From positions 5,102 through 69,101 of the forward strand of contig CAZXUC010000016.1 of NCBI GenBank assembly GCA_964643795.1: a DNA stretch of 64,000 bases, given 5' to 3'. A program made the position numbers and the translations under genes. This stretch comes from an uncultured Halobacteriales archaeon (lineage in GTDB: Archaea > Thermoplasmatota > E2 > JACPAO01 > JAHFTW01). This document shows positions 18,201 through 28,700 of this stretch, one piece after another. The first letter of the stretch is position 1; each line of letters opens with the position of its first letter. The notes below the pieces were generated by a model. It was given only the letters and a program-made list of their open reading frames with translations, was not told the DNA's origin and did not search any database.

Positions 18201-21200
18201 GCAGGTCTGGGAGGAAAGCCATCCGGCGTCGGCCAAGTTTGTGACGCTGAACGTCTCTTGATAGTAGATGGGCTTCTCGCCCACCAGGACCACGCCGACG
18301 GGAGTGGCCGGGGGCACGAAGTCGAGTCCATGGTAGCCGTACTTGATGACAGCATCAATGCGATAGAACCCACGTGCCTGCGCATCCGGCAGCCATGTCC
18401 AATTGATTGAATGTGACGCGCCCGGAGCGATTGCGTCGCGGTAGGACGGATTGAGATCCTCTTCCTTGGACGTTGCGACCAATGCGCCAGTGCGTGGGTC
18501 CCTGACCGTGAAGGAAATGCTGTCAACGGCTGCCGGGAGTGTGCCGATGCTGGTGAAGTCGAGAGTGACGTTGACGGGCTGTCCACTGGATGCCGTGAGT
18601 GGCGAGATCGCTCCCTCCGTGTCATGAGCCAACTGTGCGCTGGTCTCCACGACAAAATTGAAGGTACGGCGGTGGTCGCCCGTGTTGTCATCGACGAACG
18701 AAGTCGGCGTGCCAGAACCGGTCAGTTCCACGACCTCCAAGTTGACCGTGTATATCGTGTTCTCAACAGCTCCCGACGGCACTTGGACCCGGAGTTCGTA
18801 GTCTGTCCGGTCGTTCTTTGCCCCAGCCCCCAGCAACGTGAACTCCATGAGTGGCCCTCCGCCCTCGATGTCGAAATCAATGTCCAAAGAGGGTGGAACG
18901 ACACCGGGGAAGGCGTCTGCGGCGGCAACCGCGCGTAGAGCCAAGCTGTCTGTGGTCCGCTCGCCGAGGTTCCGCACTTCTCCGGTCAAGGTGAACGTCG
19001 CTCCGGGCGCCATGCGGGGCTCGGGTAGCGATGGGTCGGGGATGATTGCGACGTTCTCCTGGTACGCATAGCCGACAAACTGCACGTTATCGATCGTCCA
19101 TCCGCCGTCGCCAACCGTGCCATCGCTTGCAGCTCGTAGGCGCACGAGGATCGGCTGCCCCGCCACGGTATCGGCGAACACTTCAAGCCCGTCGATGGCC
19201 CAGAAGCAGCCGAGGCGGGAAGGTTCGAAATTGACGGCTTCATTGCGGCAATATGTGTTAGCATCGAAGCTGTCCGTGCGGATATCGAATCCAATGCGGA
19301 TCCGCTGCCCGATGAAATCGCTGAGGTCGATGGTGCGCTGGCACCATCCCGGGGGCCGCGGTTCCTCGCAGTTGCGGCTATTCATGTCTGCCATGGCGCC
19401 CACGCGGACCCATGGGCCGGGGACTTCCCCTTCCAGGGTCGGGCGAAGCGCCTGCACCATGATTTCGCGGCGGCGATCCTGATCGATGTCGGGGCCGTTC
19501 GGGTTGCGAGTGCCGAAGTACTGGAAGTTGAAGGCCTCCCAGAAAGTGGCGCGGGCCTGCGCGCCGCCCACGGCAGTCAAATCAACGATGGGGGTGACGA
19601 GCCGCTCGCGTGCATCTTTAGGATAGTTGTAGTAGTGGCTCGGGGCGTCTTCACCACCATTGGTCGGGAGGAGGCTGCCGAACAGGAACGCGGTCGTCTC
19701 GCCCGTGCGACCAGCAATTTCGCGGGGATTCCATGCTGGAGCGGGCGAGTCAATGGTGTCGACGGCGGTCCATTCGGGGTTGACCCACGCCCCGCTACTC
19801 GTAGGGAATGAGTGGGCGTCCACAAGGTGCTCGGTCACCCTTTGCACTGATAGAAGTTGCACGTTGTCCAGCAATCCTCCTCGGTCGTGGAACGGATCGC
19901 GGAATGGGCTCGACGCGGCTCCGGTGCCACCCAGGGCATTGAAGTTGAAGCGGAACTCGACCGGCACCGTGATTGGTTGGGTGTCATCCTGGAACCCGGC
20001 CAGATTCATCGAAAAACGGCGCCAACCTTCGTCGGTTCGGGCCGCCACATCCTCGCTGAAGCGGAAGTCGCTTGTTGGCATGCTGTCCAAGTCGCCGTCG
20101 TCGTCACGGTCGATCCAGAAGGAGAACGCTTGCGCCGCATCCGTGTCTTCCCAACGCCAGAATGAGAGGCTGGGATACTCCTGCGCGTTGGCAGGAGGGA
20201 CGACGACGTCAAGATGCAGAGCCACGACCCCATTGCCTTGCCCGGTCCACCAATGTTTGCCATCGTGTTCTAGGTCGCCCGCAGGGTTCCTGGCAGGGAA
20301 GCCCATATGGACGTCTTCACGATACCAACATTTCTCCAGCAACGGATCCGCCGAGGAGCAACTGGCCGTCACGGGATGGGCCCAAGTCGTCGAGAAGGAT
20401 GCTCGATCGAAGTCTGAGCCCATTTCGCCGGGGACTTCGCGCGTGAGGATGGTGCTCGGGTTCAGCGAATAGCCTGACTGACTGAACTCGTACAGCAAGG
20501 TCTCGGTCACGAGGTCCTCCACTTGGCCAAGGTCGAACTCGTCGATCGTCCAGCCGCCGCTGGACCCAGTCCAGGCCGGGGTCTCTGCCAAGGGATCCTG
20601 ATCCGGGTTCATGGGATTGCCAGGGTAGACCATCGTGTTTTGTCCATCCTGCGGGGACGCGTACCCACGTGCCGGCACGAGAGGGCGCCACGTATCACCG
20701 GCGTCCAAGCTCACCTCCACGCGTCCGCCGTCGTACCCCGTCTCGAAGTCATATTGGTGCGTGAGGGACAGGGATCCGCGAGCGACTGACGAGAGATCGA
20801 AAGGCGGCAGCATCAGCGCCTCGTCGGTGCCGTCGGGGTAGGTCTGCCGTTGGGCGTCACCAAAGTGCCAGCCGCGGCTGGCTCCGCTGGGCCCAGTTCC
20901 CGTGATGGTCTGCCATGGCCCTGTCTCATTTTCAGGGGCCGTTCTCCCGGACGCGACGCGCCCCTCCCCGTAATCTGGCGAGGCGAGGAATGCGTCTGAG
21001 TAGAAGGAGTCGAAACTGTCGATGAGGAGGATGTCCTCCGAGTTGAACTCGGGGATGACTGCGCCAATCTCGTAGCGGCTCTCCTTCAACAACGCAACCC
21101 AGTAATCGTCTTGCTTAGGCTGGTATTCGGCATCTTCCAGCAGGAGCGCAAGAAGCGATGCGTTGCCGTCCACGGGCGGCGAGACCGGCAACGTCCAGGT

Positions 21201-24200
21201 TCGAACCTGGGTTTCCTTCTCTTCGTCCGTGAAGAAGCGCTTGACCTCAAAGTCGTAGACTTCGACGTTGCCGGTGTTCCAGATTGTAATGGGCACCTCG
21301 CGGGGGAAATCCTCCCCAGCACGCCCGGCCGTCGGCTTGACGTCGATGCTCACCTCCAACTGAGGCGTTGCGCGCACGGGGAGGGGGGAAAGCACGGAGA
21401 TATCGCATTCCCCAAGGCTGGCTGTCGGCGTCCCATCCGGAGTGAGAACAACAGCCGCACAATTGTCTGCTGCGGCTTCATCAAGGACCGGCAACAGCCC
21501 CGGATGATCTGGGATGAGTTCCCCCGATAGGTGTGCCTTGGCAAGCAATCGGTAGCTTCCGTCCTCGTCTGGTATGGTGATGGGGACCGTCACCAGAGCG
21601 CTGCGTTCATCTTGTGGCGCTCCTGACAGCAAGCCTGGCAAGACCACGGATGGCGGGAGTTCGATGCTTGGGTAGGGTATGTCGGTCAGGCTGCCATCTG
21701 GATTGATTCGCTGCAGCATGACTTCGACAAGGATGGAGCCGCCGGGAACGGGCTGCCCGAAGAGGCCGCGGTTCTCAAGTTCAAGTTCCAGATGGGCTTC
21801 GTCTCCGGGCCCCAGCCCCAAAGATTCCCACGCGTATCGCGTCCGCAGTGCAGCGTCGGTGATGGCGATGTCATGGCCCTGTGCCTCCTCGGCAATCACC
21901 TCGAACCGGTCGATGAACCATCCGACGGGTGAGTTGTCGGCGTAGCCGTACGTCCACTGATTCACTCCGGTTGTAGGATGGCTGTTCTGCTGTGGGTGCA
22001 CCCCGGTCTGGATGCGGAACGCGAACTGGACCATGCACGAATCATCGCACAGCCGTGGTGCTTGGGCTTCGTTGCCTTCCTGCTGCCACACGATGCTGCC
22101 GTCGCGCAGGTCCACCAGTCGGAGGGCTTGGAGGTCGGGTTGTGCATGGGGGATTTCCAGTTCTGGCAGATTGGGGGCTTCCCAGTTGTCGTTGGGCCCT
22201 TGGCACCCGGGGTCGTTGGGGAAATCTATCTGGCCGCCGCCATTGTTGTCCAGTCCGTCGCTGCATTGCGTCCAATAGAAGCCACCCTGCGGCGGGACAA
22301 GGACACGGGAGTAGTCCAGGATCGGGAGGCGGCCAAGGTCTAACTGGTGCGTCACGGGTGCGCGGCTCGGATCACGGGGGTCGCAATCGGTGCGCTCGTA
22401 GTAGACGCAGTCGTTGCCGAAGAACCGGTGCACGTCGCTGCCAAGGCCAGCGGCAGCCATCGTCGGGTCGAAGGGAGATGGTGGTTCGTATGACAACGCC
22501 ACCTGCATGTACGGCGTGGTGGCCTCGCCGTCGATGTCGAGGAATCGCACCATCAGCGTGCCGTAATCACTGATCCAGCAGCAAGTTTGCGCGCCCTGAC
22601 CATTTCTGGTGACACCTTCACGCAGCAGGTGGAACCGGTGGTCGAACTCGACCTTGGGTGCCGCGGCATCTGCGGGAATCGGGATGACCGGGCTCTGGAG
22701 GAGACTCGCTTGGAGGTTGCTGTGCGTCCAGCCATGCTCTTGCGCCGGGACGCCGTTGGCGTTCTTGGGGCCGTCGGCGTTGGTCCAGACGCCGCTGCGC
22801 CCGCCGAAGCTGGGGACCCGTTGCCATCCAGTGGTGGAGTCGAACCGGTTGTATTCCTCCGCCGCGGGATCGCCCAGCGTTTCGACACTGCGCAGCCGCC
22901 AGCCGGTCGGCTGGCTGAAGGGCGCCGCGCCAATCGGGCACAGCACGCCCCTGCCTCCTACGACTGGAAAAGTAGCCCACAAGCAGGACCCATTTACGGT
23001 GCCTTCCGCCACGGCGTCGTTGTACGGATCCAGGAGGGATACCAACGGCGCGAGGATCTCATCGAGGCTCCGTTCGTAGTCGCTGCCGCGGGCCCAGTGG
23101 CCCCGCGTCTCGTCCACGCGCCCGTTCCAGTGGGCCAGCACGAGCTCTTCTCCTTCTGGTGTGATCCCGGTGATGGCAGCTTCTGAGATCCGCCACGACG
23201 GACACAGCCACGAGTCGCCGGAGGTCCCGCACCCTCCAGCAACTCCGCCCACGAAGCGCAGGTTGAGCAGGTCATCGAATGCTTCGAGGGGCATCGTCGG
23301 CATGGGCGTGGTCGTCGGAGCGCCGCCACTAAATGCAATGGGTGCGTGATTGACCCATTCCTGGTTCTGTAGGCGGGTGGCGAAATCTACGATGGGGACC
23401 GTGTACGTTTCCGAGATCCACTTTCCGCTGTAGTGGTTGAGGCGGTTGCCGGGATGGCTCTGTGCGAGGTCCGTGCCGCCGTTGTTGTACCGGCTCGTGG
23501 TCTCAGTGAAGTACCCGAACCGGAAGTCCTGCAGGACGGTGTTGGCCTGTGAAGGGGCGCCGTAAATGCCGGACGGTCCAATTGAGGTGGGGCTCGCGGG
23601 GACATCCCATGAGGTGGAGCCACCGTACGTCACTCGTCCCTGCATCGGAGACCTGTACCAGAGTTGCGTGGTATGTGGGGACGGCATTACATCAAGCCAG
23701 GAGCTAGTAGGGGTGCCCCTGTCGGGATAGCGACATTCGTCCTCGCCGTCGGCACGCGTGCGGCAGGGCGCGTCCAGCCACTGCGTCACGTCGATGCGGA
23801 GGGTCTCGATGGGCGTGTCGGGTTCGACATCGTCCCCCAGGTGGTCGGTATCGGCGAACGCGATCAGCGTCTTGCAAGCCTGGTTGCAGTTGCTGGGCAT
23901 CTCCCACAAAAACTCGGGGCAGACGCTTCCTTGCTGCCCGTAGTCGCCGACCTTGCATGGCGGTTGGGTGTCTCCGGCGAACTTGACTTCCCATCCATCG
24001 TCGCTGGTGAAGTCCGTGGCGTAGACGGTTCCAGCACTCAGCAGCGTCGCAGCCTGGGCCTCTCCACTGAACTCGACGAGACCGTAAGCCTCCGGCGCGT
24101 CCACCAGTCCATCCAACAAGATCCGGTATCTGCCGGGTTCACTGAGGACCAGTGTCCATGCGAGTCGACTGCTCTGGCCTGGTTCGAGGACAAACGGCTC

Positions 24201-25748
24201 TGACACCGAAGGCGATTCGGCTTCAACCACTGTCTGGGTCACGTCAACGAACGACCCATCGGACGGGTCTTCGTACTCGACGACGAAATCGACATGCACG
24301 GTCTCCCTGCCGTTGCCCGTGTTGAGAATGGTGACCGTGGCTTGGCGCTCTGCTGCGGGGTCCCCAGTGCGTGGCGAAACGGCCAAAGGCGTCGCCACGA
24401 GGACTCCCGGTGAACGCTGGGCGACGAACATCACTTCCAGGGAGTTGTCAGGAAGGTAGGCGTCACGCTGCCCGACCAATTCCGCATCGAATATGGCTGT
24501 GTAGCTCTCGCCCTCTTTTAGGAAAAGAAGAGAATCCTTGAATTCCACTGCGCGGGTCTCACCAGGCCGAAGTCGAAGTGTCATCGGCGCGACGGGATAA
24601 TCCTCGGATTGGCCGGTGCTGTCCGTGAGCGTGAGCGTCGGGCGAATGTCTTGCGTGAACTGGCCCCGGTTGAGGACGACTATCGTCAGGTTGTCCTGGC
24701 CGTCGCCGGGCGCCAGCGCCAATTGCCCATTGACGACGCGCTGAGGGTGAACGATTGCATCGATTTTGATATTGTGAGGGTATGCCGGTCCCTCAAGCAG
24801 GACATTGTCCAGTTGCCATCCATAGAACGGCAATTCCAGGTCAAAGCGGTTTTCACGTTGGAAATGTTGCGCCGGTGATCCCTGCGGCATGACTGCAGCG
24901 TGAAACACCAGCCACACGTCTTGCCCCGCCAGGGGCGTCAGATCGAAAGTGCTTCGGTAGAACGCTTCCCGTGGGCCCGTGAATCCAGTGGGTGGAAGCA
25001 TTTCTGCTAATGGCGTCAAAGCCAAGCCCCGCACGCCCGGATTCTCGAGGTCATTCTTGCTGGGCGGCGCGTTGTTGAACGCCAAAACTTGGCCGGCGTC
25101 AATGCCGTTTGCGAAGTTGAAGCGATGGTCGACGTAAAGGCGGATCGCATCCGATGCGTCCAAAGGCACTGGTGGCAATGGTCCGATGGTAGCGGGGCCC
25201 GCGGCGACCTGTTGCGGGCCCCTGGCGTCCGGGCCGGTGGGCGAATCAATCGGCAACGCGTCGAGACTGATGCGGGGTGACACGAGGAGGCTGTTGAGCG
25301 TCCTGTCGGTGCGGATGGCGTAGCCCTCCTCGTCGCCGAACGCGAATCCCTCGCGCTCCGAACCGGGCAGCGTCGTTCGATGCCATCCCGTGCCTTGGAG
25401 CGGGGTGGCCGAGTCGCCCGTCATCCAGAGGCCCCAGCCGCCGAGATGGTCCTGCTCAAGGAGGTCGAGGGAGTCACGGAAGTAGGTCGCCGGTATCTCC
25501 GGTTCGTTCAGGGCCCCTGCGATGGCGTCGTTCATGCTCTTGGCGGCTGCGTCGGCGGGCCCCGTGCCTGATTTGGCTGCGCTGTCCACAGGGCCCACTC
25601 CCGTCAGAGGGACCAATCCGGATGGCAAGGGGACGGCCACGGAGTCGTTGACGTGGGTGGCAGTGGCCACGGGCCACGTCGAACTCAGCAGGGCCAAAAA
25701 GACGAGAATCGCGAGAAGCGGCTTGGCCTTGGATCGTGTGGTCGTCAT
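15264..25748 (-). CDS. giant secreted surface protein (3494 aa): multiple MAM/immune-inhibitor-A-like jelly-roll domains, CARDB and NEW3 domains, PGF-CTERM-like tail
   Basis: Signal peptide. Repeated L.SP.(I)DL...F.H...DGG.VE...GW.ID.V modules. CARDB-like ADPMGLLRESTRDNN. Tail MPGLSPLFIVLLFAALTLVGRRRRQ. ATGA overlap at 25745-25748. Confidence 0.85.
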   Translation of the reverse strand: MTTTRSKAKPLLAILVFLALLSSTWPVATATHVNDSVAVPLPSGLVPLTGVGPVDSAAKSGTGPADAAAKSMNDAIAGALNEPEIPATYFRDSLDLLEQDHLGGWGLWMTGDSATPLQGTGWHRTTLPGSEREGFAFGDEEGYAIRTDRTLNSLLVSPRISLDALPIDSPTGPDARGPQQVAAGPATIGPLPPVPLDASDAIRLYVDHRFNFANGIDAGQVLAFNNAPPSKNDLENPGVRGLALTPLAEMLPPTGFTGPREAFYRSTFDLTPLAGQDVWLVFHAAVMPQGSPAQHFQRENRFDLELPFYGWQLDNVLLEGPAYPHNIKIDAIVHPQRVVNGQLALAPGDGQDNLTIVVLNRGQFTQDIRPTLTLTDSTGQSEDYPVAPMTLRLRPGETRAVEFKDSLLFLKEGESYTAIFDAELVGQRDAYLPDNSLEVMFVAQRSPGVLVATPLAVSPRTGDPAAERQATVTILNTGNGRETVHVDFVVEYEDPSDGSFVDVTQTVVEAESPSVSEPFVLEPGQSSRLAWTLVLSEPGRYRILLDGLVDAPEAYGLVEFSGEAQAATLLSAGTVYATDFTSDDGWEVKFAGDTQPPCKVGDYGQQGSVCPEFLWEMPSNCNQACKTLIAFADTDHLGDDVEPDTPIETLRIDVTQWLDAPCRTRADGEDECRYPDRGTPTSSWLDVMPSPHTTQLWYRSPMQGRVTYGGSTSWDVPASPTSIGPSGIYGAPSQANTVLQDFRFGYFTETTSRYNNGGTDLAQSHPGNRLNHYSGKWISETYTVPIVDFATRLQNQEWVNHAPIAFSGGAPTTTPMPTMPLEAFDDLLNLRFVGGVAGGCGTSGDSWLCPSWRISEAAITGITPEGEELVLAHWNGRVDETRGHWARGSDYERSLDEILAPLVSLLDPYNDAVAEGTVNGSCLWATFPVVGGRGVLCPIGAAPFSQPTGWRLRSVETLGDPAAEEYNRFDSTTGWQRVPSFGGRSGVWTNADGPKNANGVPAQEHGWTHSNLQASLLQSPVIPIPADAAAPKVEFDHRFHLLREGVTRNGQGAQTCCWISDYGTLMVRFLDIDGEATTPYMQVALSYEPPSPFDPTMAAAGLGSDVHRFFGNDCVYYERTDCDPRDPSRAPVTHQLDLGRLPILDYSRVLVPPQGGFYWTQCSDGLDNNGGGQIDFPNDPGCQGPNDNWEAPNLPELEIPHAQPDLQALRLVDLRDGSIVWQQEGNEAQAPRLCDDSCMVQFAFRIQTGVHPQQNSHPTTGVNQWTYGYADNSPVGWFIDRFEVIAEEAQGHDIAITDAALRTRYAWESLGLGPGDEAHLELELENRGLFGQPVPGGSILVEVMLQRINPDGSLTDIPYPSIELPPSVVLPGLLSGAPQDERSALVTVPITIPDEDGSYRLLAKAHLSGELIPDHPGLLPVLDEAAADNCAAVVLTPDGTPTASLGECDISVLSPLPVRATPQLEVSIDVKPTAGRAGEDFPREVPITIWNTGNVEVYDFEVKRFFTDEEKETQVRTWTLPVSPPVDGNASLLALLLEDAEYQPKQDDYWVALLKESRYEIGAVIPEFNSEDILLIDSFDSFYSDAFLASPDYGEGRVASGRTAPENETGPWQTITGTGPSGASRGWHFGDAQRQTYPDGTDEALMLPPFDLSSVARGSLSLTHQYDFETGYDGGRVEVSLDAGDTWRPLVPARGYASPQDGQNTMVYPGNPMNPDQDPLAETPAWTGSSGGWTIDEFDLGQVEDLVTETLLYEFSQSGYSLNPSTILTREVPGEMGSDFDRASFSTTWAHPVTASCSSADPLLEKCWYREDVHMGFPARNPAGDLEHDGKHWWTGQGNGVVALHLDVVVPPANAQEYPSLSFWRWEDTDAAQAFSFWIDRDDDGDLDSMPTSDFRFSEDVAARTDEGWRRFSMNLAGFQDDTQPITVPVEFRFNFNALGGTGAASSPFRDPFHDRGGLLDNVQLLSVQRVTEHLVDAHSFPTSSGAWVNPEWTAVDTIDSPAPAWNPREIAGRTGETTAFLFGSLLPTNGGEDAPSHYYNYPKDARERLVTPIVDLTAVGGAQARATFWEAFNFQYFGTRNPNGPDIDQDRRREIMVQALRPTLEGEVPGPWVRVGAMADMNSRNCEEPRPPGWCQRTIDLSDFIGQRIRIGFDIRTDSFDANTYCRNEAVNFEPSRLGCFWAIDGLEVFADTVAGQPILVRLRAASDGTVGDGGWTIDNVQFVGYAYQENVAIIPDPSLPEPRMAPGATFTLTGEVRNLGERTTDSLALRAVAAADAFPGVVPPSLDIDFDIEGGGPLMEFTLLGAGAKNDRTDYELRVQVPSGAVENTIYTVNLEVVELTGSGTPTSFVDDNTGDHRRTFNFVVETSAQLAHDTEGAISPLTASSGQPVNVTLDFTSIGTLPAAVDSISFTVRDPRTGALVATSKEEDLNPSYRDAIAPGASHSINWTWLPDAQARGFYRIDAVIKYGYHGLDFVPPATPVGVVLVGEKPIYYQETFSVTNLADAGWLSSQTCSISRDCWRLREDISYAGTKSVYIGPSDLTAGTHLPRQDVRMDGPVIDLTALQLLNDLEFRDSPFNPSLTFRYQANLGDNDGVIVEALRPNLDGDLHRYLDTADYTGQIVRGNAQTGNAMMQNLPANHDPADAFTDRRLDTWRPVSVPLGPATGSSNGVALLNEHRLVGHDVSFAFRFGSSLAGNRGQAFTLDAVTVSSYASIVQPAEANATLTTGADKVFHFRVENTGPAKDTFTISLAPESALTVFDVQILTPSITLEAGESALARVRVAAPSFELGGGAGGFLLLEVASLGDPNSVATAALTLTYLSTALPDLAVKLDRPDGGGTTIHVDTPTSFLATVTNIAGKRESRPTSLEVGVCPWDTGDPAIDLVTCRTQGTWTVLGTRSLGVLQPGEAQSEPVTWIPKESMTGRVHIIAQADPMGLLRESTRDNNIHSRTMDVLVVDRPHLRVIPDSLKVMRGQDEVHKAIEGDLLQITGTIENSGTADAQGTLVRLVNQFPLLSKNLDRLAPGQEVTFSTQWRAEPGNWIILLEIIPGLGSMQDGDEGLSARWDLAVERGRVGFAIEPTDLRLEPGRSHEAFVRVINDRATTTTFVARLHGQDDVLLTGLPARFNLTAGEVQEYAVQVAASPFAQAGPRTIKIDLHTDPLLPPVAHTEIEVTVGRAEPVTFHAGRVTTGSGTARVSVDVTNHGTKASPIQIQPQAPAGWDVATPAPVTVEPGATRSIEILVTVPPGTAPGRYAVEIRTEGVQRAAAVVEVLPAPAWQSKIEYTTLAEDGATLVWVRIENTGNAAGLPLLDVLGQEAGASVEPPLHILEPGQVQVFRVQLSAGSSLILPGQLEPTELPPPGDGTRVQVMRWQLLPRGTLQAGDTGRIKVELLNPSSLTHAEYPLVLYINGFLAAEAAVSLAAGGTATVELPWMARAGEHVVSVTHGDLEETTINEFVKVDAQDKQMPGLSPLFIVLLFAALTLVGRRRRQ

Positions 25749-28700
25749 TTTCTGTTCCTCCTTCCAATGGCCAAAGTGGCGGCAAGCAGAGCCAAGAACG
25801 GCGCGACGGCTGGGACGTTTTTCTTCTCCGTACCCTCACCCTCGTCGATGCCCATGACGACGCGGGGGCCTGCCGCTTCGCCGGTCTCCGGTCCGCGCAG
25901 GATGCCGGCTGCATCCATGACCTCGATGTGGAAGCCCTGTTCGAGGCTTCGGAAGGCGGCCTGCGTCTGGATCGTGGCTGTGAAGCGGCACTCCTGCCGG
26001 CAGTCGCCTGAGGCAAGGTCCATGCGGTAGGGGGCACCTTCCAGGACCATCCAGGCGCTGGGCTGGGCGGAGGTGGCGGAGGTGACCACGGCGCTGAACG
26101 TGAACGGCGTCTGCTCCGTTCCCCGGCTCGGTGTGACGCTCCATGCGCTCACGCCGGCCCGGGGCTTGACGGTGACTTCGACGATGGAGCTTGACTCACC
26201 CATCATGCCAGCGAGGTTCTGGGCCTGCACGAAGTAGCGGTACGTACCAGGTTCCGGCCGGTCATCGACGCGCGGCGCCCACGTCTGCGCCACGGGCTCG
26301 AACCCGCCCGCGCTCATCCGGTAGACGATGTACTTGATGGCACGGTCGGGCAAGTCTTTTGCAACCTCCCACACCAGTTGGACGTGGCCGCTACGCCCAA
26401 CCTGTACTGCCAGGCCACCCACGCTCGGGGGCTGCACAATCACGGGCGCGAAGTTCCATGCCTTCTCATGCTCGGCGTCGAGGCCGGAGGCTCCTTGGGC
26501 TTCGATGACGATCCGGTAGCGCATGCCTGGTTCGAGACCGGACAGGCCCGCGGCGTACCCATGCATCGCCGACGCTCCAGCAAGGCGTGGGAACGCCGAC
26601 AAGTCGTCGGCCACCGCGGGAACGCGCGTCAGCATGGTCTCACCTTGGTAGAGGAGCACCCATGCCTGGACCGGTTGGTCGAATGCGAGGCCCAGGCGCG
26701 CCGAATCCATCGCTGTGTGGACGCTGTCGAAGCCGGTGAGCGCCGGCGGCTCCCGCTCCACGAGGACCTCAGCCACGAAGTCGGCCCTGTGGCCGAGGCT
26801 GTCGAGCGCGGTCAGGTTGACAAGGACGCGTCCGCCCTTCACGTCGTCGCCGACGCGCACGGTGGCCTCGTGCCCTTGGGGGACGGCCAGCAAGTGGATT
26901 TCATCCTCGCCTCCCAGGGGCGACGCGTCCAGCGTGACCTGCGCGATGCCGGTGAGGTCACTCAGGCGGGCACGAACCCGGACCAGGTCCCCCGGTCGGG
27001 CTGCCTGCTGGCCGTGGGGATATGCCACCTCGACGGCCGTACTGCCAGGGCTCGCCTGCGGGGCATCCCCGTCATGCACGATGTTGTAGGATACCACTCC
27101 GGTGTTGCCTGCTGCGTCTTTGGCGGTCACGGTGATGCGCAGGGGCCCCGACGGCAGCCCATCGGGAAGGGCGATGCGGACGAAGGCGGTCCGCCCACCG
27201 TCCGATGTCTCCAATGCCGTGGCGGTGGTACCTGCCACGACTTGACCGTTGATGCGCAGTCTGGCAGTCTCTGGCAGGATGGGGGTCCACGCGTCCGTCA
27301 CCTGTAGAATCAGCGCATCGGGGGATGCCGGAAGCGTCTGGTTCGCGGCGGGGTTCACTGCAGTAATCTGTGGCGGTGAATTGTCAATCAGCAGATTCGT
27401 GACGGTGCGCGTGACGTTCTCCAGCAAAACCGGGCTCTGGTACGTGAAGGAAGCTTCCAGAGTGTAGATGCCGTCGGGAAGCGCTCCTGTGACGAGTTCC
27501 TTGGTGAAGGCTTGGTCGCCAATCATGTCGATGAACGCCGCATGGCCGGGAAGGGGGGCAAGCGCCGCGCCGACGTCCTTGTCCTTGGCAGCGACGCGCG
27601 AACCAGCCGGGAAGGCCTCCCGGTCCGAGAGGCGGATGTCCCCCGGCCCGACCGTTCCATCGCCATCGCCATCGATGTAGGCGCCGTTGCCAGTGCTTGG
27701 GCCGCCGGAGGAATCGAGAGTTGCGAAGCCAGCCGCTAGGGCGCCGCCCGAGCAGAGGGCGCCCTGCTGGCGACCAGCCAGGGGACGGCCGACGTCAACG
27801 TCACTTGCAAGCACACTGCTGCCGTGGTTGGGGCCCCCGATGCGTAAATCGCCAGGCGAGACGGTTCCCGCCGCGGCCGTCAGCCGGGTCAAGTACACCA
27901 GCTCCTTGCTGCCCACGAGGCAGTCGCCATCGGCGTCGAAGAAGTGGAAGCCGCCTTGCAAAACCCTGCCATCCAACGTTATGGCCAAGTCGAAGTCCTC
28001 CTCCCCCACGAACAGGCCTTGGCCAAAGGCCACGAGGCGCAGGTCACCGGGAGTCACGTTGCCGGAGGCGTCCGTGTCCCAGTAGAGGACGTCCCCTGGA
28101 CTGTACCGGGGACTGTTCCGGATGACCTCGTCCATGGCGAGCCGCGCGCCTCCCGGCAGCGTCTCGTTGAGGAGCCTGAGTTGCACGCGCACCTCGGCGC
28201 CGGGCCTGGAGGAAACGTCAACGAACCCTTCGGCAGGGACGATGCCCGCAAGGACCGCGTGGTTGCGGGGCGTCGTGAGGCCGCCGTCGAGTCCGGCGAG
28301 GGTCGGCACGAGGAACGGACCGGCCGCCTGGGCTAGACCCTGCTCGTCGATGGCCTCGATGCGGTAGGAATACAGTGTTGCCGGCTCAATCAGGAAGGGA
28401 AAGCCGATGCTCGGCAACGTGAACCGGTGCAGCTTGGAGAGGGCGTCAGGGTTCGTGAAGGGCTGCGCCTCGGCTCCGACCCTGCCAAACCAGAGCGTGA
28501 CGTTTGCATCGAGGTCGGTCTCCCATTCAATCGTGACGCTGTCCACGGTGGCGTGCACGTGTGCTTCTTGGAGTCCGAGCTGCGGATTGCCAAGCAGCAA
28601 GTCGACCGCCGTGTCGTTGTTCCAGTTTCGGGCTTGATCGGCGATGTGCAGGTTCAGCGCCTCGCGCCAGCCGGGTTGGTCGAGGTCCAGGCCGGGGCGG

